From the IMG/VR virus record IMGVR_UViG_3300029653_000083, positions 138,236 to 202,235 of that record: a stretch of 64,000 bases of DNA, one strand, 5' to 3'. The notes beneath the pieces are model-generated. The model was given only the letters and a program-made list of their open reading frames with translations. It did not search any database and was not told where the DNA came from. Below, piece after piece: positions 1 to 9,438 of this stretch (position 1 is the stretch's first letter; each line of letters opens with the position of its first letter). A program made the position numbers and the translations under genes. The DNA is from a virus (lineage: Duplodnaviria > Heunggongvirae > Uroviricota > Caudoviricetes).

Positions 1-147
1 CTCGACTTGAGCAAGAAGGAACTACTGTGGCAAATCGAAGAAACCAAGAAGCAACTAGACAAGTATGTTAGCCAATATGAGGCGTTAAGCGGGGAGAATC
101 CGCGTCAAACTTCTAGAACGGCACTGGTTGGCAGACCACTCGTCTAA
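1..147 (+). CDS. 3' end of a hypothetical protein (starts before the window)
   Basis: Open frame from base 1 (LDLSKKELLWQIEE...) to TAA at 145-147. Confidence 0.55.
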   Translation, partial: LDLSKKELLWQIEETKKQLDKYVSQYEALSGENPRQTSRTALVGRPLV

Positions 148-173
148 CATCCGAGAGAAAAGAAGAAAACCAA

Positions 174-542
174 ATGGTATGCAAAAATACCCCGGACAAC
201 TGGGCTACCCGCCGAGTCCTCGCAATCTCATACAGTCCGGACGGCAGATATAAGGAAACACTATTCGAGCGTGAAGAAGATGGAAACTATTATGCGGGCT
301 GTGGAAGATTCTACGCCAGCGATATCGAGGATAGAACCAAGTTCTATCCGATTCCGGACGACGAGAAACTATCTCGCTGGGTGTTGAAGGATGGAACGGT
401 AATCACTTCGTCCGAGAATAGTGACATCCTTAACCCGGAGGCCATGCGTGTTATGACTTTCGACGGCACTCGTATCGTAATCCCAGCCGAACAGCTTAAC
501 TACGTGCAGGACATGTGTGAGGATACCAATGCAGAATACTGA
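174..542 (+). CDS. hypothetical protein
   Basis: 122-aa ORF, purine-rich upstream region. Confidence 0.65.
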   Translation: MVCKNTPDNWATRRVLAISYSPDGRYKETLFEREEDGNYYAGCGRFYASDIEDRTKFYPIPDDEKLSRWVLKDGTVITSSENSDILNPEAMRVMTFDGTRIVIPAEQLNYVQDMCEDTNAEY

Positions 543-888
543 ACAAAACCGTTGGATATTACTGGATATGGCTCGTGCCATGGGTGGCTACGGCTACGAC
601 GAGATGTGGTGGGCTGACGTTTTTGAGCCGGACGAATTGGAGTATTCCGCTCCCGACTTGTATGAGAAGTTCGTCAACTCGTCCGACTACGACCCTGCTG
701 CTCATTGGTTCCGTCGTAAGGAATACGGTGTCGGTTTCGAGTCGGTCACGGACGAGAGCCTGTTGGCGGATGCTTGGCATATGCGGGATGATATTGTCGA
801 ATTGGCTTCTCGTAGGGATGTGTGGCTGAATATTCCGGATATCGATTTTGTTTCGCGTATTCGGAAGCTTGGGGTTGTGGTTTCTTAG
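529..888 (+). CDS. hypothetical protein
   Basis: ATG at 529 preceded by GAGG; overlaps the upstream ORF. Confidence 0.65.
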   Translation: MQNTEQNRWILLDMARAMGGYGYDEMWWADVFEPDELEYSAPDLYEKFVNSSDYDPAAHWFRRKEYGVGFESVTDESLLADAWHMRDDIVELASRRDVWLNIPDIDFVSRIRKLGVVVS

Positions 889-910
889 GATTGTCTCTCT
901 GAAAATTCCA

Positions 911-932
911 TGCTATACTGGAAACGTTCACA
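911..932 (+). promoter_or_regulatory. conserved promoter/operator motif copy 1 (TGCTATACTGGAAACGTTCACA)
   Basis: Extended -10 plus GTTCACA; recurs 14 times in the window. Confidence 0.75.
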
Positions 933-959
933 AAAAAGTTTTCGGAAAGAGCAAGAAAA

Positions 960-1159
960 ATGAGCGACATCAAGACGCCTGTCACCCCAATAGACGAGGA
1001 ACGGGTCAAAAAAACTGGTACCCTCGCTACTCGCATTCAGACATGAACGACAATATTCGCCTCCGCTTGAACAAGGCGATTGAAACCACCGATTCTGAGG
1101 AATTCGTGGACATTGCCTACAAGCTGGGACTGTTCCTTACGGAAGGGGAAGACGATTGA
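960..1159 (+). pseudogene. small hypothetical gene frameshifted at an A7 run
   Basis: The ATG 960 frame (MSDIKTPVTPIDEERVKK) joins the frame ending ...LTEGEDD if one A is added at 1008-1014. Confidence 0.5.
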
Positions 1160-1704
1160 GCGTCGAAGAAACAGGAGTTTGGACGGAAACTTATCCAAAA
1201 GAACCTTGCCCATTCTGCGGAAAAACGGTTGCTATTCGAATCAGCGAGATTCTTATTGTGGACAAAAAATACTGGAAAGTCCGTATTTTCGACGATAGTG
1301 GTTGCCCGTTGTCCGCAATGTTCGAGCGGGGCTTGCGAATGGGGTCAGCGGGGGAAGTGTGTGCCGTTCTTAAAAAGGATTGGCATGAGATTGTGGAAAC
1401 CGTTTCCACTATGCCGGTTTGTCCCGAATGTGGACGCTCCCCGGTTTGTCGTTATTCCACGAACCTCGACCGTTGGATTATCCTTTGCGAAAAAGGACAT
1501 TTGAGAACGGATGAGGCTTTCGTTCTCTCTGCCATGAGGAATTGGAACAAGAAAGTCGGTCAATATGTTTGCGACAATCAGAACCAACGACTCGGTCAAT
1601 GTCTGATGGAGTTCTGGCATCAAGGGGATACGTCGGACGAGAATCTTCCGGAATTCATGCGGCAAAGTTGGCGGATAAAACACGCCGATTGGGAGAGAAA
1701 GTGA
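1156..1704 (+). CDS. Lar-like (restriction alleviation-type) tandem Zn-ribbon protein
   Basis: PCPFCG and CPECG motifs, ...AMRNWN; paralog of 59063..60040. Confidence 0.6.
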   Translation: MSVEETGVWTETYPKEPCPFCGKTVAIRISEILIVDKKYWKVRIFDDSGCPLSAMFERGLRMGSAGEVCAVLKKDWHEIVETVSTMPVCPECGRSPVCRYSTNLDRWIILCEKGHLRTDEAFVLSAMRNWNKKVGQYVCDNQNQRLGQCLMEFWHQGDTSDENLPEFMRQSWRIKHADWERK

Positions 1705-2060
1705 ACGAAAACGTAAATTACCATCCGCTACGCCGTTGCGTCATCTGCAACGAATCAGTGGAGGCCGACGACCCGACATGCGCGGTCTGCGGCCAACCGG
1801 CTTGCAGTAACCACGCTTACGACGTGGGTGGCGGCGAATGGTATTGCGCCGACTGCCACCACGGAAAAACTCACCCGTGCGCGGACTGTGGTACGCCATC
1901 CCATTGGCGGTGCAAGGATTGCGGCAAATGGGTTTGCAAAAACCATTCGACATTCGTCGCGGTTCAAGGTGAGGAATTCTATACTCTTTTCGGCTACTAC
2001 TGCGATAATGATTTACGTTGGGAACTAGCGGAAGAACAAGCTAAGGAGGTGACGTTGTGA
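1701..2060 (+). CDS. Cys/His-rich multi-zinc-finger (B-box-like) protein
   Basis: GTG overlapping the upstream TGA; repeated CxxC and CxxH motifs. Confidence 0.65.
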   Translation: MNENVNYHPLRRCVICNESVEADDPTCAVCGQPACSNHAYDVGGGEWYCADCHHGKTHPCADCGTPSHWRCKDCGKWVCKNHSTFVAVQGEEFYTLFGYYCDNDLRWELAEEQAKEVTL

Positions 2061-2242
2061 GCGAGAAAACCAGACGGGATAAGACGTTGAAGCTTATCGA
2101 GGACGGCGATGACGATGATTGGAAGACTGCCGTATTTATACTTCCTTCTACTCGCTTGAGTTTTGGCCGCTCCTTTTCTGGGAGCGGCTTTTATTTTTCT
2201 CATCCAGATGTTATAGTGGAATTGTTCACAAAAAATGGTTAA
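2057..2242 (+). CDS. small hypothetical protein, possibly a remnant
   Basis: GTG with GGAGG RBS, but the frame runs through a terminator and a promoter motif. Confidence 0.3.
   Translation: MSEKTRRDKTLKLIEDGDDDDWKTAVFILPSTRLSFGRSFSGSGFYFSHPDVIVELFTKNG
2166..2198 (+). terminator. intrinsic terminator
   Basis: GCCGCTCC/GGAGCGGC stem followed by a T tract. Confidence 0.75.
2209..2230 (+). promoter_or_regulatory. conserved promoter/operator motif copy 2 (TGTTATAGTGGAATTGTTCACA)
   Basis: Motif match directly after a terminator, before an AAGGAG RBS. Confidence 0.8.
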
Positions 2243-2252
2243 GGAGAAAAAT

Positions 2253-2981
2253 ATGAGCGACAAAAACACCACACCAAAACTTCCCAAGTACAAGAAGACC
2301 ATCGACGCTACCGGATTCGGACTATCCTGCGTCACCGAATACGGGTTCGATGACGCAGGGCTGTTCCACCACTCATACACGTACAACTACAAGAACAGGA
2401 AGGCCGTCATCCAAGTGATGGGAAGCCAGCAGCCCGCCGACTGGCATACCCGCCAAAGCGCCTACGCCTCCTACTATGAGGATGGGAAACAGGTAGGCCG
2501 AACCCGTGCCTATAACATTCTTGAAAACGCTCAAATCAAGGCAGTCCGTTGGATTATGGGCTTCGGCTCGGATAGCAAGGCGGAAGAAGCCTATCGTGCC
2601 GTTCGACTGGAGAAAAGCCATCGCAATCAGCAAATCTGCCGTCGCATCCCCAAACCATTGCGCATGGAAGTCGAGGGGCTTGCAAATAAGCTGGGTTTGA
2701 AAATCCACGGCGACGAAGACAACAGCATTGTGGAAACGTTCGTGAACACGTATCTCGCCACTGCGGAACAGAATGGTCTGATTGAACTGAGAGAACGTCA
2801 ATACGGTTACGAAAAGTCGATGACCGTATGGCTGGACGGGGATGCGAGCCGCAAAACCGAAGACGCCCCCGACTGGGAGAAGTTCAAGGAAACCGTCGTG
2901 GAAATCGTCCCACTCTATTTGGAATGTAGACGGAAAACGGCGGAAAGCGTTGGTCTGGGGGAGAAGCTGGCTGAAAACTAA
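2253..2981 (+). CDS. hypothetical protein
   Basis: AAGGAG RBS, 242-aa ORF. Confidence 0.75.
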   Translation: MSDKNTTPKLPKYKKTIDATGFGLSCVTEYGFDDAGLFHHSYTYNYKNRKAVIQVMGSQQPADWHTRQSAYASYYEDGKQVGRTRAYNILENAQIKAVRWIMGFGSDSKAEEAYRAVRLEKSHRNQQICRRIPKPLRMEVEGLANKLGLKIHGDEDNSIVETFVNTYLATAEQNGLIELRERQYGYEKSMTVWLDGDASRKTEDAPDWEKFKETVVEIVPLYLECRRKTAESVGLGEKLAEN

Positions 2982-3460
2982 TCCTGATGGTTGGGACAGA
3001 AAACTGCTCCAACCATTTTTGTTGCGTTCTCCAATATCTGCCTATAATCCTCAAGGACACCTACTGTCACGTTTAAGTCCACGGCCATTGGGAAAAGCTC
3101 ACCCTCATAGATTCGTTCGGATTGGATATATTCGAACGGATTGATAAGCAGTATCGCCGTCTCCTTACGAACGTATGATTCAGCCTTGTCATCGTATTGT
3201 TTCCAGCAACAAGTATCACCGTGAGTCCAATGGAATAGTTCATGCGTTAACGTGCATCGTTTCTGCCGCTCGTTCAACCGTGGGTCTATGACGATGATGC
3301 GGGTTTCCTCGTCATATACGCCGTTGATGTTTTCCGGAAGTTCCTCCTCGAAAACGTATGGCGCTTGACGTGTGAGTCCTACCATCCGTTTTATCTCTTC
3401 ATAGCACATTCGCCGGTCGATGGCGACGCTTCTGTTGTCTACTGGGGGATGTTTCAGCAA
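2978..3460 (-). CDS. ImmA/IrrE family metallopeptidase
   Basis: RCTLTHELFH (HExxH), downstream E; adjacent to an XRE repressor. Confidence 0.85.
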   Translation of the reverse strand: MLKHPPVDNRSVAIDRRMCYEEIKRMVGLTRQAPYVFEEELPENINGVYDEETRIIVIDPRLNERQKRCTLTHELFHWTHGDTCCWKQYDDKAESYVRKETAILLINPFEYIQSERIYEGELFPMAVDLNVTVGVLEDYRQILENATKMVGAVFCPNHQD

Positions 3461-3834
3461 GCGTCCTCGCTTTCCGATTCCGCTTGCTTGTTGGGGTCGT
3501 GGTTTGCGGCCAATGTGAGGTCGCCGGAATTGATTTTACGCAGGACGGCTTGAAGCTGCTGTTCCACAACGGATTGCGTGGAATGGTATCCGTTGTGTCC
3601 GGCGATGAGTTCTTCTGGGGTCATGTTCCATGCGTGGGCGAGTTTTTCCACGTCGGCGGGGAGCCATTCGACCGTTTCGTTGTATCGTGTGGTGACGTAG
3701 CTGGGGCTTTTGCCTAGTTGACGTGCGATGTCCCGTGCGGAGAGCCGTCGGATTCCGGCTTCCGCTAGGATGCGTTGGTTGATTCTTCTGTTGAATTCGC
3801 TGGTTTGGTTTTTTCTTTTTCCCATGTTTTCCAT
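3454..3834 (-). CDS. XRE-family HTH repressor
   Basis: LSARDIARQLGKSPSYVTTRYN HTH; C-terminal LAAN tail typical of ImmR-like repressors. Confidence 0.85.
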   Translation of the reverse strand: MENMGKRKNQTSEFNRRINQRILAEAGIRRLSARDIARQLGKSPSYVTTRYNETVEWLPADVEKLAHAWNMTPEELIAGHNGYHSTQSVVEQQLQAVLRKINSGDLTLAANHDPNKQAESESEDAC

Positions 3835-3872
3835 GATAACTGATTTTTAACATGAAACGCGTGGTTTTAGAT

Positions 3873-3923
3873 TTGACAGCATACTTTTATATGCTATTGT
3901 CTGTAATTACGAACACTTGTTCA
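3873..3923 (+). promoter_or_regulatory. sigma-70 promoter with a LexA (SOS)-like box
   Basis: TTGACA(3873)-16 bp-TATTGT with TG extension; CGAAC-ACTT-GTTCA at 3910-3923. Confidence 0.6.
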
Positions 3924-4146
3924 CTCGAAGAAACAGGAAGTCAATGCATAACATGAGTTACGACAAGGCACGGACGCCCTTGTGGACAGTCAGGTAGACA
4001 CCTCCAAGAAACCCGTTCCACATACCCCGCCTCAAAATTGGAGGGACACACCCCCAATTTTGTGAATACGCCCAGTATGACTAGAATAAAAAAACGTCCA
4101 CACAATATAAGCCAGACTCCACACAGGCCAGACCAAAAGGAATGTT

Positions 4147-5721
4147 TTGAGAAAGACAATAGACCAGAAAATCCTCTTGGATAAACACTTCACAAAATTG
4201 GACATCCTAGGCCAGCACCTATGGATGATGCTCCAACTGCATCCGAAGACCAATGCTCTCGGCGTATGTGATTGGACGTTTGGAAAAATCAACGCTTACA
4301 CTCACGGAAACACTCCCACCCTATTCCAACAGGCGGGACGGGAACTCGTAAACGAAGGACTACTGGTCATAGACGAGGACACCGAAGAAGCACTCCTCCT
4401 CGACCACATCGACCTCACGGCGGACTCCGGAACCATCGAATCCGCATACCTTGGAACCGCCAGCCCAAGACTGCGCAGAATCCTAGTCAGTGAACTGAAC
4501 CGAACCCTCCGACAGGGAAAGCACTTCCCGTTCGAATGGGAGGAGATTCATGACATCCTCAGTGAATCGAATGCCGACTCCGACGAATATGAGGAGCCGC
4601 ATCCAAGCGTGGAACCCGTCGAGGATGATTCCCTAAACACCTCCCAGACAGATAATTCCACCTCCAAAAAGGAAAAAGAACCCGCCAAGCAGGACGATAC
4701 CGAAACCTCAAGCGTGAAACCCGTAGAAGCGGAAGACAAGCCCGTCGGGAAGCGTCGCGGTCGCCCACGCAAGAATCCACTCCCTCCGGAAGGAGAAGAC
4801 AAACCGAAGCGTCGGCGCGGTCGCCCACGCAAGTACAAACCCGAACCGGTCGAACTGATGGACGGAACCATGGAGCCTCCGTTCGAGGAGCCGATGACCA
4901 TGGAACAGGTCGAGATTCTGCCCCAATACGATTCCAACGCTCCAATCGACGTGGATGATGACGGGGAACCCAAGTATTTGCAGTGGGATGAAATCCCGCA
5001 ACAGCTTTGGTTCTGGCATCCTCTGCCGGAAGACTGGTCTCCGACCAAGGAAGCCGCCGACTTGTACAAGGAGCTGGGCGGCGGAAGCAAGATGACCATT
5101 TTGCAAGCGGCTGACTCGTTCCGTAAGGTCTACGATTCACGTTTGTACGTGAAACGTGACAATGGTTTCAAGGCCGCTCCGCTTTCGCCTGACCGACTTT
5201 TCATCCAACAGTTGCTTCACTGGCGTAAGGAGAAGGACGAGGAAAACGAACGCAAAGCCAAGGAAAAAGCCGAGGAGGAAGCTCTCCTCAACGAGGAACC
5301 GACAATCGACGTAGACCCCATCTGGGGAAACCCCGAAGACTTGGTTTCCGCCAAAGTGGAACAGGAAAACCCCCAACAGGAGGAAGTGACCCCACTGATT
5401 CCAGACGAGGAAGTACCGAAAGTCCGCCACTATAAGCGGATGGTGCCGAAGGATTGGAAACCGAACCAGAAGCACATCGACCGGGCCAATGAACTGAACA
5501 TCGACGTGAACACGGAAGCCGAGAAATTCTACAACTACAGCCATTCCAATGGCAAGAAATACTTGGACTTCGACCGCGCCTTCGACAATTGGCTCCTCAA
5601 CGCCGACAAGTTCAACAGGAACAGCCGAAACACACGACGCAAAACCCGTAGCGAGGAAGGATACGAGCACAACATGAACATGCTGAAAGAATCCCTCGCC
5701 CAAGCCGGATGGGATGAATGA
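4147..5721 (+). CDS. phage-type replication initiator / replisome organizer with two AT-hooks
   Basis: N-terminal wHTH-like region, two RRGRPRK motifs, C-terminal PKDWKP...AEKF.NY...F.NWL (DnaT-like) segment. Confidence 0.65.
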   Translation: MRKTIDQKILLDKHFTKLDILGQHLWMMLQLHPKTNALGVCDWTFGKINAYTHGNTPTLFQQAGRELVNEGLLVIDEDTEEALLLDHIDLTADSGTIESAYLGTASPRLRRILVSELNRTLRQGKHFPFEWEEIHDILSESNADSDEYEEPHPSVEPVEDDSLNTSQTDNSTSKKEKEPAKQDDTETSSVKPVEAEDKPVGKRRGRPRKNPLPPEGEDKPKRRRGRPRKYKPEPVELMDGTMEPPFEEPMTMEQVEILPQYDSNAPIDVDDDGEPKYLQWDEIPQQLWFWHPLPEDWSPTKEAADLYKELGGGSKMTILQAADSFRKVYDSRLYVKRDNGFKAAPLSPDRLFIQQLLHWRKEKDEENERKAKEKAEEEALLNEEPTIDVDPIWGNPEDLVSAKVEQENPQQEEVTPLIPDEEVPKVRHYKRMVPKDWKPNQKHIDRANELNIDVNTEAEKFYNYSHSNGKKYLDFDRAFDNWLLNADKFNRNSRNTRRKTRSEEGYEHNMNMLKESLAQAGWDE

Positions 5722-6389
5722 TGACAGCACAGGCTCCCACACAAGGAACGTTGACCACGGCACAGGCCAGCAATGGACAGCATTACCCACGCGCCTTCGA
5801 ACGCCCGTGCGCCATCGCGCTGTTGACTCAAATCAACAGTCATTACGGCAACAAGCCGTTGGATGACGCGCAGGTGGATAACTTCGTCAACGAAATCGAC
5901 CATACGATTAAAGCTGACGAAGCCCGTCAAGCCATCATCGAATTCTTCCAGACACATTCGTCACGGGAAGCTTGGATTGCTCCCTACGACATCAATCAGA
6001 TGGTCAGGAGGAAGCGTTTGAGCAGAGTGCCATCCAATGCTGAAATCAGCCGCATGCTCGACGTATATGGCATCACCGACGCGAACACCGCATGGGGATT
6101 TCGACGAGGACTGACCTACGCCATCTCCAAAGGCGCTTCGCCGGAACGCGCTATCGAGTATGCGAAAAGACACTGTGATGACGTGAAGACCATCTCCAAC
6201 ACCCCAGACCAGTATCCACAGCTCACAGCCGGTGACAACGTGGGCAAGGAAGACGGTGTCACTTCATTTTCAGCGCTATTGAAAGACTTCCGGTCAGGAT
6301 TGGAACGGCCATCCACACAGGCCAATCCAATCCCAGCCGAAAACAATCCAATCCAGAAAACCGATAAGAAAGAAGAAAACAAACAATGA
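5718..6389 (+). CDS. helicase loader/inhibitor-like protein (phage replication module)
   Basis: Coupled to the initiator (ATGA overlap); EARQAIIEFF...WIAPYDI pattern. Confidence 0.45.
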   Translation: MMTAQAPTQGTLTTAQASNGQHYPRAFERPCAIALLTQINSHYGNKPLDDAQVDNFVNEIDHTIKADEARQAIIEFFQTHSSREAWIAPYDINQMVRRKRLSRVPSNAEISRMLDVYGITDANTAWGFRRGLTYAISKGASPERAIEYAKRHCDDVKTISNTPDQYPQLTAGDNVGKEDGVTSFSALLKDFRSGLERPSTQANPIPAENNPIQKTDKKEENKQ

Positions 6390-6787
6390 CCGACGTCACC
6401 ACCAAGCTTATTCACGACACTTTCATCCAGAACCGTCCCGATAAGGTAGGCGAACAGGAAGCGGAGGAACTGTTCAACCATTGGCTTGAAGTCCACGGAT
6501 TCCAGCCGGAGGAACAGCCCATCGCACCAGCCGGATTCGAGTATGAGACCGTCAAAACCAAGGAGGATTCCACACCATCCTCCGACGATTTGGACGCCAT
6601 CGCCCTCGCATCCGACAATGCCACCAATTCCGCCGCAATGATTTCCGACGTGATGGATTCTCTTCCTGAAAGCACTCAGGAAGCGCTTGCGTGCGCGTTG
6701 AACGACTTCGACTGTGCCGCCGAGCATCTGCACAGGTTGCTCGACAAGTACAATTACAAGCCTTTGGAAGAAAGGGAGGAAGAGTGA
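6386..6787 (+). CDS. hypothetical protein
   Basis: 133-aa acidic ORF, ATGA overlap. Confidence 0.7.
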   Translation: MTDVTTKLIHDTFIQNRPDKVGEQEAEELFNHWLEVHGFQPEEQPIAPAGFEYETVKTKEDSTPSSDDLDAIALASDNATNSAAMISDVMDSLPESTQEALACALNDFDCAAEHLHRLLDKYNYKPLEEREEE

Positions 6788-6834
6788 AGTAGCGCAAGAA
6801 CACAAAACCAATCCACACACAGTAAGAAACCAGA

Positions 6835-8787
6835 ATGAAAGATTTAAAAAACAAACTCCGAGGGAAAATCCCCTTCATCGCGGCAGTGTCCGCACTATCC
6901 ATGCTCGCCTCCGCAAACGTGGCATTGGCCGCAGAGGTCGGCAACCCAATCATCGTGGACAAAACCAACATGTTCACAGCTGATGAAACCGTTGACCTGT
7001 TGGGCGGCGACTTGGGCGAGGCGGCGAACTTCGGTCTCGTCGGCTTCGACTCCGTCCGTCTGAACGCCCACACGAACAGTAATATCGCCACCGAGCACGC
7101 CTATATTGGCGCGGCCTTCGGCAATCATGCCAACGGTGTGGACGAGCCGGAAGTCAGCTACATGGACAAGGTTGACGGCAATATCAACGTCAATCTGCCC
7201 GCCGACTCCAAGATTGTCTTCGGACAGTCAAACATCATCGGACAGACCGACAATGGCAACAGTTGGACGGTGAACGGGAACAAGCTGGAAATGCAGACCA
7301 GTGGAAGCCTCCCGAAGTCCGAACGAGTGCTCAAGGATTCCAAGACCGTCAAATATCTTGATTTGAAGTCCATGGAAAAGAGCATGACCAGCCTGTCCGC
7401 CAAGTGGTCGAAAGCTTCGGAATCCAACGCGACCCATGATTTCTCCGACATGAACAAGCGTCACATCGACGCCAACGGTGATGTCGCTCATATCAACATC
7501 GACGCGAAAGAACTGCAAGGTAATCGTGTGACCGCCACGTTGGGGGAGAAGACCCGTCTCGTCGTGAATGTTGACGCCGAAGGTGCGGACAATATCACTC
7601 TGCCCCAATTGGACGTGGACGGTATCAATCACGCCGAATACGCCAAGTGGACGGACAAGGGTGTTATTTACAATCTGACCGACTCCAAAGCCAAGGACGG
7701 GCAGTATCACGGCAACGTCGGCACCGCTGGCGCATCCTCTTCCGTGATTCTCGCGCCGGAAGCCAACGTGGACGCGTCGCAGAACGTTGAAGGGCAGATT
7801 ATCGCCAAGAACGTGACCATCGGCGGCGAATTCCACCGCAACAGCGTCAACGTTCCCGCCACCCGCCACGTCGAGGTGAAGCTGGACGGTCAGGACAAGA
7901 CCGAGACCACTCCGTTCGTCGTGCCCCAGCCCGCTAAAGACCATTACCGTTTCACCGTCTGGACCACCAACCCGGACGGAACCGGCGACTCCTACAAGCC
8001 GGGCGAGACCGTGACTTCGATTCCGGAGAACACCACCCTGTACCCGCAGTGGGAGGCGAAGCATTTGCTTCGCTATGATACGAACGGTGGCAACGGCAAG
8101 TATGTGGATTCCGACCTGCCGTCAGATGTGTCTGACACGGTTCCAACCCGCGACGGTTACGAGTTCGACGGTTGGATGATTGATGGAGTCAAGGTCGATT
8201 CCGGCGATAGCGTCGAGGACAACGGCTCCGACGTGACCGTGGTCGCGCAGTGGACGCCGGTCAAGCAGGATGTGACCCCGACTAAGCCGGAAACCCCGAA
8301 GGACGACAACAAGACCGACAACGGTGGCAACGGTTCTGAGATTCCGAAGGATGATAAGACGGATACTTCATCCAAGGATGACAACAAGACCGACGATTTC
8401 AAGCCGAACACTCCGAAGGACGATATCAATACTGATACTCCTTCCAAGGGTGATGATTCCAAGCCGGAAACCCCGAAGGATGATACGGACAAGAACGATA
8501 CTCCGTCAAAGGATGATTCCGACAAGTCCGACAATGATACGAAGGCTCCATCCAACGATAAGAGCGATGTGAACACTCCGACCAGCGATAAGACCGCCGA
8601 TACTGGTAAGACCGATACCGGCAAGAAGACTGTGGGCGCCAAGAACAATACTCAGGCCGTTCAACAGGACGGTCAGGGCTTGGCTACCACCGGCGTGGCT
8701 GTTGGCGTCATCGCGGTCGCGGTCATTGTGCTTGCCGCCGCCGGTGTAATCCTCTCCGTCGCAAAACGACATGAGGGCAACCGCTGA
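6835..8787 (+). CDS. sortase-anchored surface protein (choice-of-anchor A/collagen-binding-like domain, InlB B-repeats, D/K/T-rich stalk)
   Basis: Signal peptide, SVILAPEA...EGQIIA...GEFH, B-repeat motifs, LATTG + TM helix + basic tail. Confidence 0.85.
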   Translation: MKDLKNKLRGKIPFIAAVSALSMLASANVALAAEVGNPIIVDKTNMFTADETVDLLGGDLGEAANFGLVGFDSVRLNAHTNSNIATEHAYIGAAFGNHANGVDEPEVSYMDKVDGNINVNLPADSKIVFGQSNIIGQTDNGNSWTVNGNKLEMQTSGSLPKSERVLKDSKTVKYLDLKSMEKSMTSLSAKWSKASESNATHDFSDMNKRHIDANGDVAHINIDAKELQGNRVTATLGEKTRLVVNVDAEGADNITLPQLDVDGINHAEYAKWTDKGVIYNLTDSKAKDGQYHGNVGTAGASSSVILAPEANVDASQNVEGQIIAKNVTIGGEFHRNSVNVPATRHVEVKLDGQDKTETTPFVVPQPAKDHYRFTVWTTNPDGTGDSYKPGETVTSIPENTTLYPQWEAKHLLRYDTNGGNGKYVDSDLPSDVSDTVPTRDGYEFDGWMIDGVKVDSGDSVEDNGSDVTVVAQWTPVKQDVTPTKPETPKDDNKTDNGGNGSEIPKDDKTDTSSKDDNKTDDFKPNTPKDDINTDTPSKGDDSKPETPKDDTDKNDTPSKDDSDKSDNDTKAPSNDKSDVNTPTSDKTADTGKTDTGKKTVGAKNNTQAVQQDGQGLATTGVAVGVIAVAVIVLAAAGVILSVAKRHEGNR

Positions 8788-8825
8788 CATTACCTCTCTA
8801 TTCGATAGGGAGATAATGTGACTCC

Positions 8826-8860
8826 AATCCCGCCGTCTTTTTTGATGGCGGGATTTTTTT
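8826..8860 (+). terminator. intrinsic terminator
   Basis: AATCCCGCCGTC/GATGGCGGGATT stem + T run. Confidence 0.8.
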
Positions 8861-8865
8861 ACCTA

Positions 8866-8887
8866 TGTTATACTGGCAGTGTTCACA
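8866..8887 (+). promoter_or_regulatory. conserved promoter/operator motif copy 3 (TGTTATACTGGCAGTGTTCACA)
   Basis: Motif match directly after a terminator. Confidence 0.8.
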
Positions 8888-8910
8888 AAATCGGTGAAGA
8901 GGTAAAACTT

Positions 8911-9438
8911 TTGAAAGACTACGACTGGTGGGTAAAAGCGTGGAACGCCTATAATAATCCACCCACCAAAACGATTCCATTGGACGCGTCCGATGCTCTC
9001 CAAGGGAAAATCACGTCCGTGGTGGTTCTTGTCATAGCCATATTCGCAATCCCGTTAATCATCCGACGGGCCATAGCTGACGCTAAAGAAGACATGATGG
9101 GGAAAATCGAACTCGTCGCCGCAGTAATCGCTTCGGTCTGTCTGTCCGTTATGTGTGTCTGGATGGTTTACGACGCTTTTGCCATGGAACAAACCCAAGA
9201 AGTCAAAACCAGTGTCACCCACCCGCTCGGTTTCGAAGACCAATTGGAAAAAGACTTCAAAGTGTCAAATCTATCTTGTAAGACCGACGCCTACTTAATC
9301 CTCCCCGACCATGGTTCCTACGATTGCACGTTCACCAGCAAGGACGGGAAATCAGTAACGAAGGGCACACTTGTTATAACCGAGAGCGAAAAAGTCGGAC
9401 TATACGACGCCAATGGAAAGCTGGTTGAAACAAGATGA
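8911..9438 (+). CDS. 2-TM membrane protein, paralog family A1
   Basis: TTG after GAGGT; KDY.WW..AW..Y N-terminus, KVGLYDANGK C-terminus. Confidence 0.75.
   Translation: MKDYDWWVKAWNAYNNPPTKTIPLDASDALQGKITSVVVLVIAIFAIPLIIRRAIADAKEDMMGKIELVAAVIASVCLSVMCVWMVYDAFAMEQTQEVKTSVTHPLGFEDQLEKDFKVSNLSCKTDAYLILPDHGSYDCTFTSKDGKSVTKGTLVITESEKVGLYDANGKLVETR

Noticed and set aside
8270..8640. Low-complexity D/K/T repeats
   Set aside because: Ordinary wall-spanning linker of a surface protein
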